Positions 10,288-21,037 are shown, numbered from the whole stretch's first letter. The stretch: 62,369 nucleotides of DNA, filler included, from 8 parts of 8 records of this genome joined end to end with filler, not necessarily neighbours in it; one strand, 5' to 3'. Notes: generated by a model not told the origin, from the letters alone. A program made the numbers and translations.

Positions 10288-12131
10288 TGCAGGAGATTTT
10301 GATGCAATTATTTATTTTTTTAGCATCTTCAGCTATATGTGTGCCTATTGCTAAGAGGTTTGGTTTTAGTTCTGTGCTTGGATATCTGGTAGCAGGAATG
10401 ATAATCGGGCCTTATGGTTTATCAATGATTGGTGAAGTAGAGGAGCTTATGCATTTTACTGAGTTCGGAATTGTAATGATGCTTTTTATAGATGGTTTGG
10501 AGTTGAAACCTTCTCTGTTATGGCAGATGAAAACACCAATTTTAGGAATGGGTGGTTTTCAGGTAGTTTTGACAACTTTTATTTTTGGAATAATTGCCAG
10601 TTTTTTTGTATCATGGCCTGATGCGATAGGAATAGGTCTTATTTTATCTCTTTCATCTACAGCTATTATTATTCAGACTATGAGAGAAAATGGTTTAATG
10701 CATACCTCGCATGGTAAATCAGTATTTTCAGTATTGTTATTTCATGATTTAGCAGTTATTCCTCTTCTTGCATTTTTGCCTTTGCCTGCAATTGGAGGTT
10801 CACATTCAGGTGGCGGGCATCATTTTGATATTCATGCTCTTGAGCCGCATATGCAAATATTTGTTACACTTTTAGTAGTTTTATTTATTTTCTTGATTGG
10901 AAAATATATAAGCAGACCAATGTTTAGAGCAATAGCTGCGACAAGAGTAAGAGAAATATTTGTCGCTGCAGCAATTGGATTGATAGTAGGGATATCTTTA
11001 CTTATGTCATTGGTAGGTTTATCACCTGCACTGGGAGCATTTATTGCAGGAGTTGTACTTGCAGATAGTGAGTATAGACATGAGATAGAGAGTGATATTG
11101 AACCATTTAAAGGATTACTGTTAGGAGTATTCTTTATATCAATCGGAGCAAGTCTTAATTTCAAATTAATTGAGCATCACTTTGTATTAATTGGTGGAAT
11201 TACAGTTGGTTTAATTGCAATTAAGTGGTTAATACTGACTATTACAGCTATGTTATTTAAGATGGAGAGAAGAGGACAAAAATTCTTTGCACTTGTATTG
11301 GCTCAGGGGGGAGAGTTTGCTTTTGTTTTATTACATATGTCGAAGAGTCACAGTGTATTACCACATGATATAGCTGAAGCATTAATATCAGCAGTTGCTA
11401 TTTCAATTATCATTACTCCGTTTTTCTTTTGGTTATATGAAAAATTTACTTTGAGAAAACAAGAAAAAGATGGCAAACATGAAGCAGATGAGATTGAGCA
11501 TCATGGACAAAAAGTTATTTTAGCAGGTTTTGGTAAATTAGGAACTGATTTAGGGAGATTTTTAATATCAGCAGGAATAAAACCGGTTATACTTGACAAT
11601 GATGCTGCAAATGTTGATTTACTTAGAAAGTTTGGATTCGAAGTTTATTATGGTGATTCCACAAGGCTTGATCTGCTGGAAGCCGCCGGAATTGGAGAAG
11701 CGGAACTATTATTAATAACAGTTGGTAATCTGGAAAAATCCAGAAAACTGGTTGAGCTGGTGAAAAAACATTATCCAAGAGTAAAAATTGCAGTAAGCGC
11801 AAAAGACAGAACATCTGCATATGAGCTAATGGACTTAGGAATCAATGAAGTTAGAAGAGAGAAATTTGGGACTGCACTTTCAATGGGGCAGGATGCTCTA
11901 AAACTACTTGGAACAGATCCATATGAAGCGTATAGATTGATGCGAATCTTTAGAAAAAACGATGATGATATGACTAAAAAATTATATAAGATTCATCGTG
12001 AAGATGAAGATAACTATATATCAATGTATCATCAACATATGAGTGATTTGGAAGAGTTGATGCAGATGGATCAGGACTTAAACACTGAAGAAGTTGATAA
12101 ATCCTGGACTGCGTGTAATCCGGAGTTATAG
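10287..12131 (+). CDS. KefB/KefC-type CPA2 K+ efflux antiporter with KTN domain
   Basis: Many TM helices; LSSTA; regulatory loop [36 protein letters not shown] and [11 protein letters not shown]. Confidence 0.92.
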   Translation: MQEILMQLFIFLASSAICVPIAKRFGFSSVLGYLVAGMIIGPYGLSMIGEVEELMHFTEFGIVMMLFIDGLELKPSLLWQMKTPILGMGGFQVVLTTFIFGIIASFFVSWPDAIGIGLILSLSSTAIIIQTMRENGLMHTSHGKSVFSVLLFHDLAVIPLLAFLPLPAIGGSHSGGGHHFDIHALEPHMQIFVTLLVVLFIFLIGKYISRPMFRAIAATRVREIFVAAAIGLIVGISLLMSLVGLSPALGAFIAGVVLADSEYRHEIESDIEPFKGLLLGVFFISIGASLNFKLIEHHFVLIGGITVGLIAIKWLILTITAMLFKMERRGQKFFALVLAQGGEFAFVLLHMSKSHSVLPHDIAEALISAVAISIIITPFFFWLYEKFTLRKQEKDGKHEADEIEHHGQKVILAGFGKLGTDLGRFLISAGIKPVILDNDAANVDLLRKFGFEVYYGDSTRLDLLEAAGIGEAELLLITVGNLEKSRKLVELVKKHYPRVKIAVSAKDRTSAYELMDLGINEVRREKFGTALSMGQDALKLLGTDPYEAYRLMRIFRKNDDDMTKKLYKIHREDEDNYISMYHQHMSDLEELMQMDQDLNTEEVDKSWTACNPEL

Positions 12132-12154
12132 AATTTATACTGCAATAAATATAA

Positions 12155-12186
12155 TCCCCTAAAAGCCTATAAATGCTTTTAGGGGA
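12155..12186 (+). terminator. Hairpin downstream of the kef gene
   Basis: TCCCCTAAAAGC-N8-GCTTTTAGGGGA, 12-bp stem. Confidence 0.65.
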
Positions 12187-12246
12187 GTTAAATTTCAAAG
12201 AAATAATAATTCTATTTTTTTGATTTTGAACTAAAAAATACTCTGT

Positions 12247-12346
12247 NNNNNNNNNNNNNNNNNNNNNNNNNNNNNNNNNNNNNNNNNNNNTTAATTAATT
12301 AANNNNNNNNNNNNNNNNNNNNNNNNNNNNNNNNNNNNNNNNNNNN
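12247..12346. other. Artificial contig spacer (N44-TTAATTAATTAA-N44)
   Basis: N run with a six-frame stop linker. Confidence 0.99.
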
Positions 12347-13519
12347 TAACCTGCTAAGGGTTTTCTTGTCCAAGTCTTTGATATCCTCTGTTCTTTCAGC
12401 AGTTATAAACTTCACTGAGTTTGTGTCTGAGCCAAAAGGATCGTTCTTTTCACAGACCAAATTGGCAACGATCATATCCAGTTTTTTTTCCTTTAGTTTC
12501 CTTAATGCATTCCTTTCAAGATCTTTAGTTTCAGCAGCAAATCCTATCCTGACAGCTCCAGCAGGAAGCATGTTGGTTGTGCTTTTCAAAATATCTTTGG
12601 TCCTATTAAGCTCGATTACAATGGAATCATCATTTTTTTTGATCTTATGTTCTTTCATCTTAGGCTTGTAATCAGCTACCGCTGCACTCATAATGAAAAT
12701 ATCAACATCCTGAACTTTATCAACTACAGCTTCATACATTTCCTGTGCTGAAGCAACATTGATCTTCTCATATTGATCATCGGAAGGAATGTCAACGTTA
12801 GCTCCAATAAAAGTAACATCACCACCTTTGATCGAAGCTTCACAGGAAATATAGTGACCCGTCTTTCCTGATGATCCATTGGTTATGAACCGTATCGGAT
12901 CAATATACTCTCTTGTCGCTCCTCCAGAAATAAGCCACTTTAGATCATTTCCCTTCGTTGGTTTAAAGAGATCTCCAACAAAAGAAAATATACTTTCAGG
13001 CTCTGCCATGCGTCCCTTACCGCTGGTGTTACAAGCTAGCTCGCCCTCGTCAGGATCAATAAAATAAATGTCGTCATTTTCTTTGAGGTAATCAATATTT
13101 CTTTGTGTTACCGGATTCTCAAACATTGCTGTATTCATTCCCGGAGCAAAAACAAGTGGCACTTTTCTAGCATTGAGAATTGTAGAAAGAAGATCATCAC
13201 AGATCCCGTTGGCACATTTTGAAATAATATTTGCAGTCGCAGGAGCAACAACTATTACATCAATATCCTGAGCAAGTGTAATATGAGAGATCCGCGAAGT
13301 ATCAAAACCCTGAAACGTTTCAAAAAGAGGTTCTTTACCTGAGAGTGCACGCCACGTTGAAGACCCTACAAAATTCAATGAATTCTCTGTGCCTACAACT
13401 TGAACAGTAGCTCCTGCTTTTTTAAACAACCTCAGTAGGCTTACTGTTTTGTACGCTGCAATCCCGCCGGTTACCCCAAGGAGTATGTTCTTGCCACTCA
13501 AATGCTTATCCACAACCAT
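12347..13519 (-). CDS. coaBC: Bifunctional phosphopantothenoylcysteine decarboxylase/ligase (3' end truncated by the contig edge)
   Basis: GVTGGIAAYK, APATAN, PGMN, GELAC..GKGRM, IDPIRFITNGSSGK, AAVADY, GFAAET. Confidence 0.95.
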
Positions 13520-13704
13520 AAAGACTAAACCCAATATATTAAGTTAGCATGTCGCGGAGATATTATACCGATTTGCAAAAATTAATACATAAATTTTTAT
13601 GTATATAGAAATAACAATACAAATAGTTGACTTTTGTTTTTTTTTTACAATATTTATAGGTGTATTTTTTTTAACTTTTCAGTTCATTATTGGGAGCTTA
13701 TTTC

Positions 13705-15543
13705 ATGGAAGAGAACAAACAGGGAAACGCAAAACCATCAATTGATAAAGAATATCTGAAAAAGCTTGCGGAAAAAATCAAAGCGGAAAAAGCACGTAAA
13801 GAGGCAATGAACCAGAAAAAAGAAAGCGACGGAACACCACCGCCTCCTCCAATGTCATCCATTCCTCCAACTCTTCTGGACGATGATGACGAAGACGAGG
13901 ATATGGCAGCAGAAAAAACAGCTATAATTGATCTTGCATCTCTTTCCGGACAGTCAGCCGATGCAAGAATGACAATAATGGACGGAAAAGACGAAGGTAA
14001 AAGCATTGAGATCACAAGGGATGAGACATTTGCAGGCAGAAGCCTTGATAATGACTTTGTAATCAGTGACATTTCTGTTTCTAGAAAACATTTCAAAATA
14101 AAAAGAGAAGGCGATCATTACCTTGCTCAGGATATGGGAAGTGGAAACGGCATCAGAGTGAACGGAGCAAAATCTCCATCTGAAGTTCTTTACCACAACG
14201 ATGTTATTATCGCCGGGGCGAGACAGATCCGCTTTGAGATCCTTAATGAAGAAATGAAAGAAAAATATTCCAGAACTGATGCTCCTTCAGAAAGTTCTGC
14301 AGCTCCAACTAAACAGAAAAGCTCTCTTGTTTCATGGGTTGCCATTTTTCTTGTTATTGCTGCGGCAGCTGGTGGATACTATCTCTTCTCTCAGCAGTCA
14401 AAACAAATTCAGCAGGCTGCATTTAAACTTGGGTTTGAAGATATTGATAAAGTAGACGAGCTTATTGAAAAGTTTGATTTCAAAAAAGCAGAGAAAAATC
14501 TTCAGTTTCTTCTTTCACAGGCTAAAAAACCTCAGGATATAAAGCTTCTTAACGAGAGGCTTGCAATAGTCAACAAGGAAAAAGCCTTTGAGACCAAATT
14601 TAATCAGGGCAAAGTGCTTTTTGAGCAGAAGAAGATCACAGAAGCTGGAAAAGTATTTCAGGAAATTTCTGAAGATTCAGCTTTCTCTCCGGAGATCAAA
14701 AAACTTGTCGGTGAAGAAGTTATCACTTCATGGAAGATCGATGGCATCAAAAAACTTATAAAGGATAAAAAAGAAGATGAAGCTTTAAAACATATCTACG
14801 CTCTTCTTCTTGAAAAGCCCGACAATACTGATGCAAAAGCTCTTCAGGACCAGCTTACCTCAAAGGTTGGAAAAGAAAAAGCTCTTGACCTTCAGAAAAA
14901 AGCTGCTGAAGAAAAAGCAAAAAAACAGGCAATAGCAAAGGAACGTGCCAAGAAAAAAGCTGCTAAAGCTAAAAAGAGAAAAGCTAGATTGGCTAAAAGA
15001 AAAGCTAAGAAGAGAAAACCAGCAAGGACAAAAACAAAAAAGAAAGTTGCTTCAAAATATAACAACCGCAGCATCAATGAAGCTAAAGAGCTTTACCTTT
15101 CTAAAGATTTTGACAGCGCTATTGATCTTCTTGACAAGATCGCTGATGGCAGTTCAGGAGCTCTTTCTAAAAAAGCATCCCTTATGAAACTCAATGTGAC
15201 AAAGTTTAAAAGATCATGGGATAAAGCTCAGAAAGCCTCAGGCAGCAAACAGAAAAAACTTATCACAAAACTTATAAAATATGATAAGAGCATTTCTGGT
15301 GGAAAGATGAAAAGCGAGATCAAGGGTCTTAAGAGCTCTTCTGCTGATCCTTTTGAGAGCAGTTCTAATAGTGGCGGCGGTTCAATGAGTGAATCCAAGG
15401 CCAAGAAACTGTACATGAAGGCTAGAAGTCTCAGAAAAGAAAATCCTGACAAAGCACGTAGTGTTCTTAAACAGATAATAAACGGTGCACCGAAATCAAG
15501 CAAGTATCACAAGAAAGCTAAAAAACTTATAAAAAAGCTTTAG
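13705..15543 (+). CDS. FHA-domain membrane protein with helical/TPR-like and Lys-rich extracytoplasmic region
   Basis: FHA motifs GR, SVSRKH, DMGSGNG; single TM (WVAIFLVIAAAAGGYYLF); K/A-rich segment; GGAG RBS before ATG 13705. Confidence 0.82.
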   Translation: MEENKQGNAKPSIDKEYLKKLAEKIKAEKARKEAMNQKKESDGTPPPPPMSSIPPTLLDDDDEDEDMAAEKTAIIDLASLSGQSADARMTIMDGKDEGKSIEITRDETFAGRSLDNDFVISDISVSRKHFKIKREGDHYLAQDMGSGNGIRVNGAKSPSEVLYHNDVIIAGARQIRFEILNEEMKEKYSRTDAPSESSAAPTKQKSSLVSWVAIFLVIAAAAGGYYLFSQQSKQIQQAAFKLGFEDIDKVDELIEKFDFKKAEKNLQFLLSQAKKPQDIKLLNERLAIVNKEKAFETKFNQGKVLFEQKKITEAGKVFQEISEDSAFSPEIKKLVGEEVITSWKIDGIKKLIKDKKEDEALKHIYALLLEKPDNTDAKALQDQLTSKVGKEKALDLQKKAAEEKAKKQAIAKERAKKKAAKAKKRKARLAKRKAKKRKPARTKTKKKVASKYNNRSINEAKELYLSKDFDSAIDLLDKIADGSSGALSKKASLMKLNVTKFKRSWDKAQKASGSKQKKLITKLIKYDKSISGGKMKSEIKGLKSSSADPFESSSNSGGGSMSESKAKKLYMKARSLRKENPDKARSVLKQIINGAPKSSKYHKKAKKLIKKL

Positions 15544-15637
15544 GCCCGACACCTTATCCCTATAAATATTCTTTTGACTTTATTAAAAATAATGGCATCA
15601 TTTCAAAGTATGTTAACTTCTTAACATGGAGATTTTT

Positions 15638-16045
15638 ATGAGAGCTCTTTTTATTATCACGGTTCTTTTTCTTTTTACTTTTGAAGCATTTGGTGCTGCG
15701 GCGTTTGCACAGGCTATTGACAAGGATGGCAATGCTGTCACCTGGACATTTTCTTTTATAGAAGGCAGGAATGTCGGGGCAGCCAAAAAAGCTGCTGTAA
15801 AACAACTTAAAAGCGAAGGTCATGCAAAAGTAAAATCTGCAAAAGGAACAAAACTTAACAGAGGCTTTTTTGCTGTTCTTTATACAGCCTATTGGGTTAA
15901 AGGCGTCCTAAAGAAAAGTTATGCTTTCGGATTTAACTCAAAATCAGAAGAAGCTGCCAAAGCCGATGCCCTTAAGTCACTTAAAAAACTTAAAGGCTGG
16001 AAAGAAGATCAAGGTTACAGCGTTAATAAATCCGGTGAGTTTTAG
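15638..16045 (+). CDS. Small basic secreted protein, possibly DUF4189-like
   Basis: Signal peptide (..FEAFGA); two beta-beta-alpha repeats ending AAKKAAVKQL and AAKADALKSL; GGAG RBS. Confidence 0.6.
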   Translation: MRALFIITVLFLFTFEAFGAAAFAQAIDKDGNAVTWTFSFIEGRNVGAAKKAAVKQLKSEGHAKVKSAKGTKLNRGFFAVLYTAYWVKGVLKKSYAFGFNSKSEEAAKADALKSLKKLKGWKEDQGYSVNKSGEF

Positions 16046-16054
16046 GAGGATAAA

Positions 16055-16330
16055 ATGAATAGAACAGAACTTTCGAAAAAAATTGCAGAGAAACTTGGAA
16101 TATCCAAAAAAGATGCCCTTAGAAATATTGATATTATAATGCAGAGTATTTCTGAAGCTATGGAAAATGGCGAAAGAGTAGAGATCAGAGGTTTCGGCAG
16201 CTTTGTCATCAAAGAGTATGCAAAAAGAAAAGGGGTTCACCCGCAAAATGGTAGCTCTATAACTATTCCGGCTAAAAAACTTCCATCTTTTAAGCCGGGC
16301 AAAGACCTTAAGGAAAAGATCAACAAATAA
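16055..16330 (+). CDS. ihfB: Integration host factor beta / HU-family DNA-binding protein
   Basis: GERVEIRGFGSF and FKPGKDLKE motifs; 91 aa. Confidence 0.85.
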   Translation: MNRTELSKKIAEKLGISKKDALRNIDIIMQSISEAMENGERVEIRGFGSFVIKEYAKRKGVHPQNGSSITIPAKKLPSFKPGKDLKEKINK

Positions 16331-16350
16331 CTCTACATTCCGGTAAGAAT

Positions 16351-17259
16351 TTGTCTCAAATAAAATTATATATCTATGCATCTATTGCTATGGTCTTCTG
16401 GGCTTTATCTTTTGTATGGTACAAAGACGCATTCCTAAGCTACGAACCAATAACCATTATTTTCTGGAGATTGATATTTTCCGTAGTTCTCCTATTCGTT
16501 ACTGTCTCTGTTCTTAAAAAGAGCCTGTCCATACAAAGATCTGACTGGAAGTATATCGCACTAATTGCTTTCTTTGAACCGTTTTGCTACTTCTTGGGTG
16601 AAGCATACGGGATGAAGTATGTATCTCCTACTGTCGGTGCAATTATTATTTCAACAATACCCATACTTACCCCTGTTGGATTATTTCTGCTTAGAATGAG
16701 CGAAAAACTAAAGTTCGCTAACATTCTCGGGATGGTCATGTCCTTTATTGGCATAATCCTTGTTCTTACATCTAACTCCGCTTCATTTGAAAGCTCAATT
16801 CTTGGTGTAGCTCTTCTTTTTGTTGCAGTAGTTAGCGCTATATTCTTCTCGATCTTCCTAAAGAAAGTTGGTAACAAATACAACAGCCTGACCATTGTAT
16901 TTTGGCAGAACATAACTGCTTCAGTCTTTTTTCTTCCACTATTTCTTTCTCTTGAACTTAACCATTTTCTAAATACTGAACATCTTCCGGCAGCATATTT
17001 GGCTGTTATTAAACTGGGAGTATTTCCTTCAACGATATCGTTTGCATTGTTTATTCCGGTCGTTGCAAAGCTTGGTGCCGCGAAAGCTAACACTTTTGCA
17101 AACTTAATACCTATTATCACCGCTTTTTTTTCTTTCCTATTCCTAGGTGAACAATTTAACACCGTGAAAATTATAGGCATGATAATAGTAATAACCGGAT
17201 TATTTATTTCACAGATAAAATTCAGACAGAAAGAACAGGGGGAACCACAGCATGAATAA
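16351..17259 (+). CDS. DMT/EamA-family transporter
   Basis: About ten TM helices in two EamA repeats; FWALSF, FLGE motifs; TTG start. Confidence 0.88.
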   Translation: MSQIKLYIYASIAMVFWALSFVWYKDAFLSYEPITIIFWRLIFSVVLLFVTVSVLKKSLSIQRSDWKYIALIAFFEPFCYFLGEAYGMKYVSPTVGAIIISTIPILTPVGLFLLRMSEKLKFANILGMVMSFIGIILVLTSNSASFESSILGVALLFVAVVSAIFFSIFLKKVGNKYNSLTIVFWQNITASVFFLPLFLSLELNHFLNTEHLPAAYLAVIKLGVFPSTISFALFIPVVAKLGAAKANTFANLIPIITAFFSFLFLGEQFNTVKIIGMIIVITGLFISQIKFRQKEQGEPQHE

Positions 17260-18412
17260 CTTCTGGTTATCACTCAAAACCGATATGTTCTTTGGCAAAG
17301 AGCAGATATCAGTTCTTGGCAAAAACCTTAAAAAAGCCGGCGCAAAAAAAGTTCTCCTTGCTTACGGTCACAGTAGCATAAAAAACAATGGAGTCTATGA
17401 CGACATAGTTAAGGAGCTCAACAACGCTCAGATCAAGTTCTGCGAGCTTTCAGGGATAGATCCGAACCCAAGGATCTCATCTGTAAGAAAGGGCGCACAA
17501 ACATGCAAAGAAGAAAATGTGGACTTCATAGTTGCCGCAGGTGCCGGAAGCGTTATAGACTGCTGCAAAGCAATTGCCGCTGCAAGGTACTATAGCGGAG
17601 ATCCTTGGGATATATTTTTAAGAAAAACCAGCATAAAAAAAGCATTACCTTTATGCACAGTTCTGACTTTAGCCGCAACAGGAAGTGAAATGAATGCGGG
17701 AATGGTTATCAGCAATCCGGAAACAAGTGAAAAACTTGCAACAGGAAGCATGAAGCTTAAACCTCGTTTCAGCATCCTTGATCCAACCTACACATTTTCT
17801 GTTCCAAAGAACCAGACTGCTGCCGGGATCGCTGATATCATAAGCCATGTTTTTGAGCAGTACTTTAGTTATCCGACATTTTCAACGGTTGACAGAATGT
17901 CCGAAGCTATTTTAAAAACTGTTTTTCACTATGGACCTATTGCTGTTGACAACCCACAGGACTATGAAGCTAGAGCGAATATAATGTGGTCCGGAACAAT
18001 TGGACTAAACGGTCTTCTTAGCACTGGTAAAGACGGAGATTGGGCCACACATCTTATTGAGCATGAACTTAGTGCAAAATACGATATCACACATGGAGTC
18101 GGACTGGCAATTCTCACTCCTCACTGGATGAAACATGTCCTTGATGAGAACAATGAAAAGATCTTTGCTACCTATGGAACAAATGTATGGAACATTAAAA
18201 AAGATAGCGATAAAGAAACAGCAATTGCTGCAATTAACAAAACTGCTGAGTTTTTCAAGCGTATAGGAATACCTTCAAGCCTGTCTCAGGTCGGTATAGA
18301 TTCAGCTAAATTTGAAGAAATGGCTGAAAATGCTCTTAAATATAATAAAATTGGACGTTTTAAAGAATTATCAAAAAAAGATATCGTTAAGATCTACTCT
18401 GAAAGTCTATAG
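17252..18412 (+). CDS. Iron-containing alcohol dehydrogenase (butanol dehydrogenase BdhA/YqhD-like)
   Basis: GIDPNP, GAGSVIDCCK, TLAATGSEMN, metal ligands in D..SH..EQYF, ATH.IEHELSA, HGVGLA. Confidence 0.93.
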   Translation: MNNFWLSLKTDMFFGKEQISVLGKNLKKAGAKKVLLAYGHSSIKNNGVYDDIVKELNNAQIKFCELSGIDPNPRISSVRKGAQTCKEENVDFIVAAGAGSVIDCCKAIAAARYYSGDPWDIFLRKTSIKKALPLCTVLTLAATGSEMNAGMVISNPETSEKLATGSMKLKPRFSILDPTYTFSVPKNQTAAGIADIISHVFEQYFSYPTFSTVDRMSEAILKTVFHYGPIAVDNPQDYEARANIMWSGTIGLNGLLSTGKDGDWATHLIEHELSAKYDITHGVGLAILTPHWMKHVLDENNEKIFATYGTNVWNIKKDSDKETAIAAINKTAEFFKRIGIPSSLSQVGIDSAKFEEMAENALKYNKIGRFKELSKKDIVKIYSESL

Positions 18413-18415
18413 AAA

Positions 18416-18865
18416 CTATTTTCCACCAAAAAGATTAAAGTTCTTTATGTTGTACTTTGCACTATTCTGACGAAGTTTCTGTAAAGCTCTCATCTCAACC
18501 TGTCTAATTCTTTCTCTTGTGAGGTTCATGATAGCACCAACCTCTTCAAGTGTGACACCACCTTTGTCGGCAACATCAAGAGCACAGGTTTCCTTAAGTT
18601 CCCAGACTTCTTTACCTGGAAAATTGAATTTAATTGATTTTGTTTCAGGGTTTACATCAAGAAATAAATGATACTTGCATGAAACAAAGAGACAAGGTCT
18701 TTTCATCTTTAGACACTCAGCTCGGTTACTTGGTTTCTGATAGGAAGTAATGTCTATCAGGTCTTTGTAGATGGGGTCCTTTTCAAGTTCACTACGCTGT
18801 TCAACAATCACTTCTGTGTAAGGTTTAACCTTCTTTTTGCTGTTTTTCTTAGCTTTTGGAAACAT
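18416..18865 (-). CDS. Stand-alone sigma70 region-4 HTH protein with Cys/His-rich N-terminal domain
   Basis: [28 protein letters not shown] closely matches RpoD region 4.2; C-x6-C-x4-C-x2-H motif; no sigma region 2; GGAGG RBS. Confidence 0.85.
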   Translation of the reverse strand: MFPKAKKNSKKKVKPYTEVIVEQRSELEKDPIYKDLIDITSYQKPSNRAECLKMKRPCLFVSCKYHLFLDVNPETKSIKFNFPGKEVWELKETCALDVADKGGVTLEEVGAIMNLTRERIRQVEMRALQKLRQNSAKYNIKNFNLFGGK

Positions 18866-18895
18866 TTTCTCTAACCTCCTCTAAACGCCTTAAAT

Positions 18896-18995
18896 NNNNN
18901 NNNNNNNNNNNNNNNNNNNNNNNNNNNNNNNNNNNNNNNTTAATTAATTAANNNNNNNNNNNNNNNNNNNNNNNNNNNNNNNNNNNNNNNNNNNN
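18896..18995. other. Artificial contig spacer
   Basis: N run with TTAATTAATTAA. Confidence 0.99.
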
Positions 18996-19021
18996 GTGTC
19001 CAGTTTACAGGTTCCATTATA
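18996..19021. mobile_element. Possible IS3-family terminal inverted repeat at the contig edge
   Basis: Reverse complement TATAATGGAACCTGTAAACTGGACAC has TGGACAC at positions 20-26, as in IS3-type ends; no transposase in the window. Confidence 0.35.
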
Positions 19022-19073
19022 ATTTTGAGACTCCTTTCTTTAAGTAAAAAATATTTTTATTAATAATTTAAAT

Positions 19074-20777
19074 TTAGACTTTTGAGATTTTAAAGAAATT
19101 AAGATCATGTCTCATTTTAGATGCAAACTCTTTTAATTCAGTTAATAGTCCCTGTTTATTTATGAGAATTGACTTGATGGAATCAGCTACTTCGTTTGTA
19201 TCCATACTCAACTGTTCTATCTCACTTGAATTTTCAGTGATGTCACTCATTGCCTCAGCGATCTCTCTTGCGGCAGTTTCCTGTTCTGTAGATGAGAGCA
19301 GAATAGTTTCAATCTCTTCAGTATTTTCAGTAATCAATTTATTAATCTGTAAGATATGTTCTTTTGAAGAAGACATAAGTTTTAGTCCTTTTGAAACTCT
19401 GTCTTTAATATCTTCTCCACCCTGTTTAACTGTTTCTACTTCACTCTGTACATTTATTATTAGTTTTTCAATTTTATCTGTTTCCTCATTTGTTTTTTCA
19501 GCTAATTTTCTTATTTCATCAGCTACTACAGCAAACCCTTTACCAGCATCTCCAGCTCTCGCAGCTTCAATTGCTGCGTTCAAAGCTAATAGATTAGTCT
19601 GTTCAGAGATGCTGTTAATTGATAGTACAATGTCACCGATATTTCCTGAGATATCTTTTAATTTATCTATCTCGATAGTGGTCATAGAGACACTGCTTTC
19701 GATATCTTTCATACTGTCATATGTTTCTTCAATTTCGCTAAAACTTTTATTTGAAATCTCGAGAGTTTCTCTAAATGATTTTACTTCTCTCTGCACCATT
19801 TCATTCATAGATTTTGAACTAACAGTAATCTCTTCAATAGCTGCCAAACTTTGCTGTGTTGCAGCAGTTTGTCCGCTTATATTATCCATGATATCTTTGA
19901 TAAAACTATTGAGATGCAGGATACCATTATTTAATTTATCCTCAAGTTCAGCTGAATGTTCACTCTTGTCCCCTTTTATGATATTATCCATTACTTTTAC
20001 AAGTAATTCATTTTCTGAATCAACTTTTTCAGCCATACTTACAATATTTCCAATCATACCATTAAGATTAGACATAAATTTGTTAAACTCATTACTAAGG
20101 GTTTCAAGCTCATCTTTTGTATGAACATCTGATTTTATTGTCAGATCACCATGAGCCCCAAGCTCAAAATTATGAGAAAACTCAACAATTGGATCAGCTA
20201 ATTTTTTACCAATAAATATAGAAAGTATTGTAAAAAATACAATTCCTAAAATTAATGTTGTGACGATTAATCTAATTGATCTGTTTATACCTGCATACAT
20301 TTCATGAACTTTTGGAGCAACTCCCATTATCCATCCATTATTCATATGATATGTTGCTATAACTTTTTTATCCCCTTTATAAGTGTATTCGAAATAATCT
20401 TTTTGATTTTGAGAAGCCATAATTTTTCTGCCTAATTCCTGAACAGATTCTTCCTTTATATCAAATAAGCTTGTGAGATCTTTGTTCGGATGATATATCA
20501 TATTCATCTCTTTATCCATTACTATAGCATATCCGGTTTCATAAACCGTTACTTCCGCAGCTCGGGCGATAACACTTTCAAGGTCAATTTGCCCTGCAAG
20601 TTCCATTGAGTGTTCAATGTTTTTCCCCTCTATTTCAGCTAATAGAAGTAATCTTTCTTTTGCTTCATTTGATATTTCAGATGTTCCTTTCATGAGGCTG
20701 ATACTTCCTACAGCTATAGCAAGTACAGCTGAGCATAGAACTATTACTGATGTTATTTTAAAACATATTTTATTCAT
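19074..20777 (-). CDS. Methyl-accepting chemotaxis protein (Cache sensor)
   Basis: Two TM segments, TGYA...YHP Cache motif, [39 protein letters not shown]. Confidence 0.95.
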   Translation of the reverse strand: MNKICFKITSVIVLCSAVLAIAVGSISLMKGTSEISNEAKERLLLLAEIEGKNIEHSMELAGQIDLESVIARAAEVTVYETGYAIVMDKEMNMIYHPNKDLTSLFDIKEESVQELGRKIMASQNQKDYFEYTYKGDKKVIATYHMNNGWIMGVAPKVHEMYAGINRSIRLIVTTLILGIVFFTILSIFIGKKLADPIVEFSHNFELGAHGDLTIKSDVHTKDELETLSNEFNKFMSNLNGMIGNIVSMAEKVDSENELLVKVMDNIIKGDKSEHSAELEDKLNNGILHLNSFIKDIMDNISGQTAATQQSLAAIEEITVSSKSMNEMVQREVKSFRETLEISNKSFSEIEETYDSMKDIESSVSMTTIEIDKLKDISGNIGDIVLSINSISEQTNLLALNAAIEAARAGDAGKGFAVVADEIRKLAEKTNEETDKIEKLIINVQSEVETVKQGGEDIKDRVSKGLKLMSSSKEHILQINKLITENTEEIETILLSSTEQETAAREIAEAMSDITENSSEIEQLSMDTNEVADSIKSILINKQGLLTELKEFASKMRHDLNFFKISKV

Positions 20778-21037
20778 TCAAAATCACCATTCCCTGTTAA
20801 ATATAAAAAATTATATCCGATACCCTGTCCCTTAACACACATATCATGAATGGAATTATTTTTTGTCTTCGCAACTAGTGTTTACTTGAATTTTTAGTGA
20901 TTTCCTCTTTTGCTTTTGGAACTTTTTTAGTTGTATAATTCAACTTTTTACTGTTGGTTTTTATCATTTTCTATAAAGTGTAGAATAGGTCAACAAAATA
21001 TGAGATAGCTAAAGAAAAGAGGGAGTGCAAAAGCAGA

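Noticed and set aside
12291-12302. Recurrent TTAATTAATTAA palindrome (seven copies)
   Set aside because: Always centred in N runs; it is a synthetic stop linker, not a biological repeat
12347-13519. Truncated coaBC (likewise cheR, wzc, wzy, the heme MCP and surE) as pseudogenes
   Set aside because: All truncations coincide with contig edges
16587-17273. 228-aa minus-strand ORF
   Set aside because: Antisense shadow of the DMT transporter
19162-20124. 320-aa plus-strand ORF
   Set aside because: Antisense shadow of the MCP coiled coil, Ser/Ile/Leu-rich with no motif
20778-21000. c-di-GMP riboswitch or sigma28 promoter upstream of the MCP gene
   Set aside because: No GEMM core found; the only TAAA...CCGATA match is on the wrong strand
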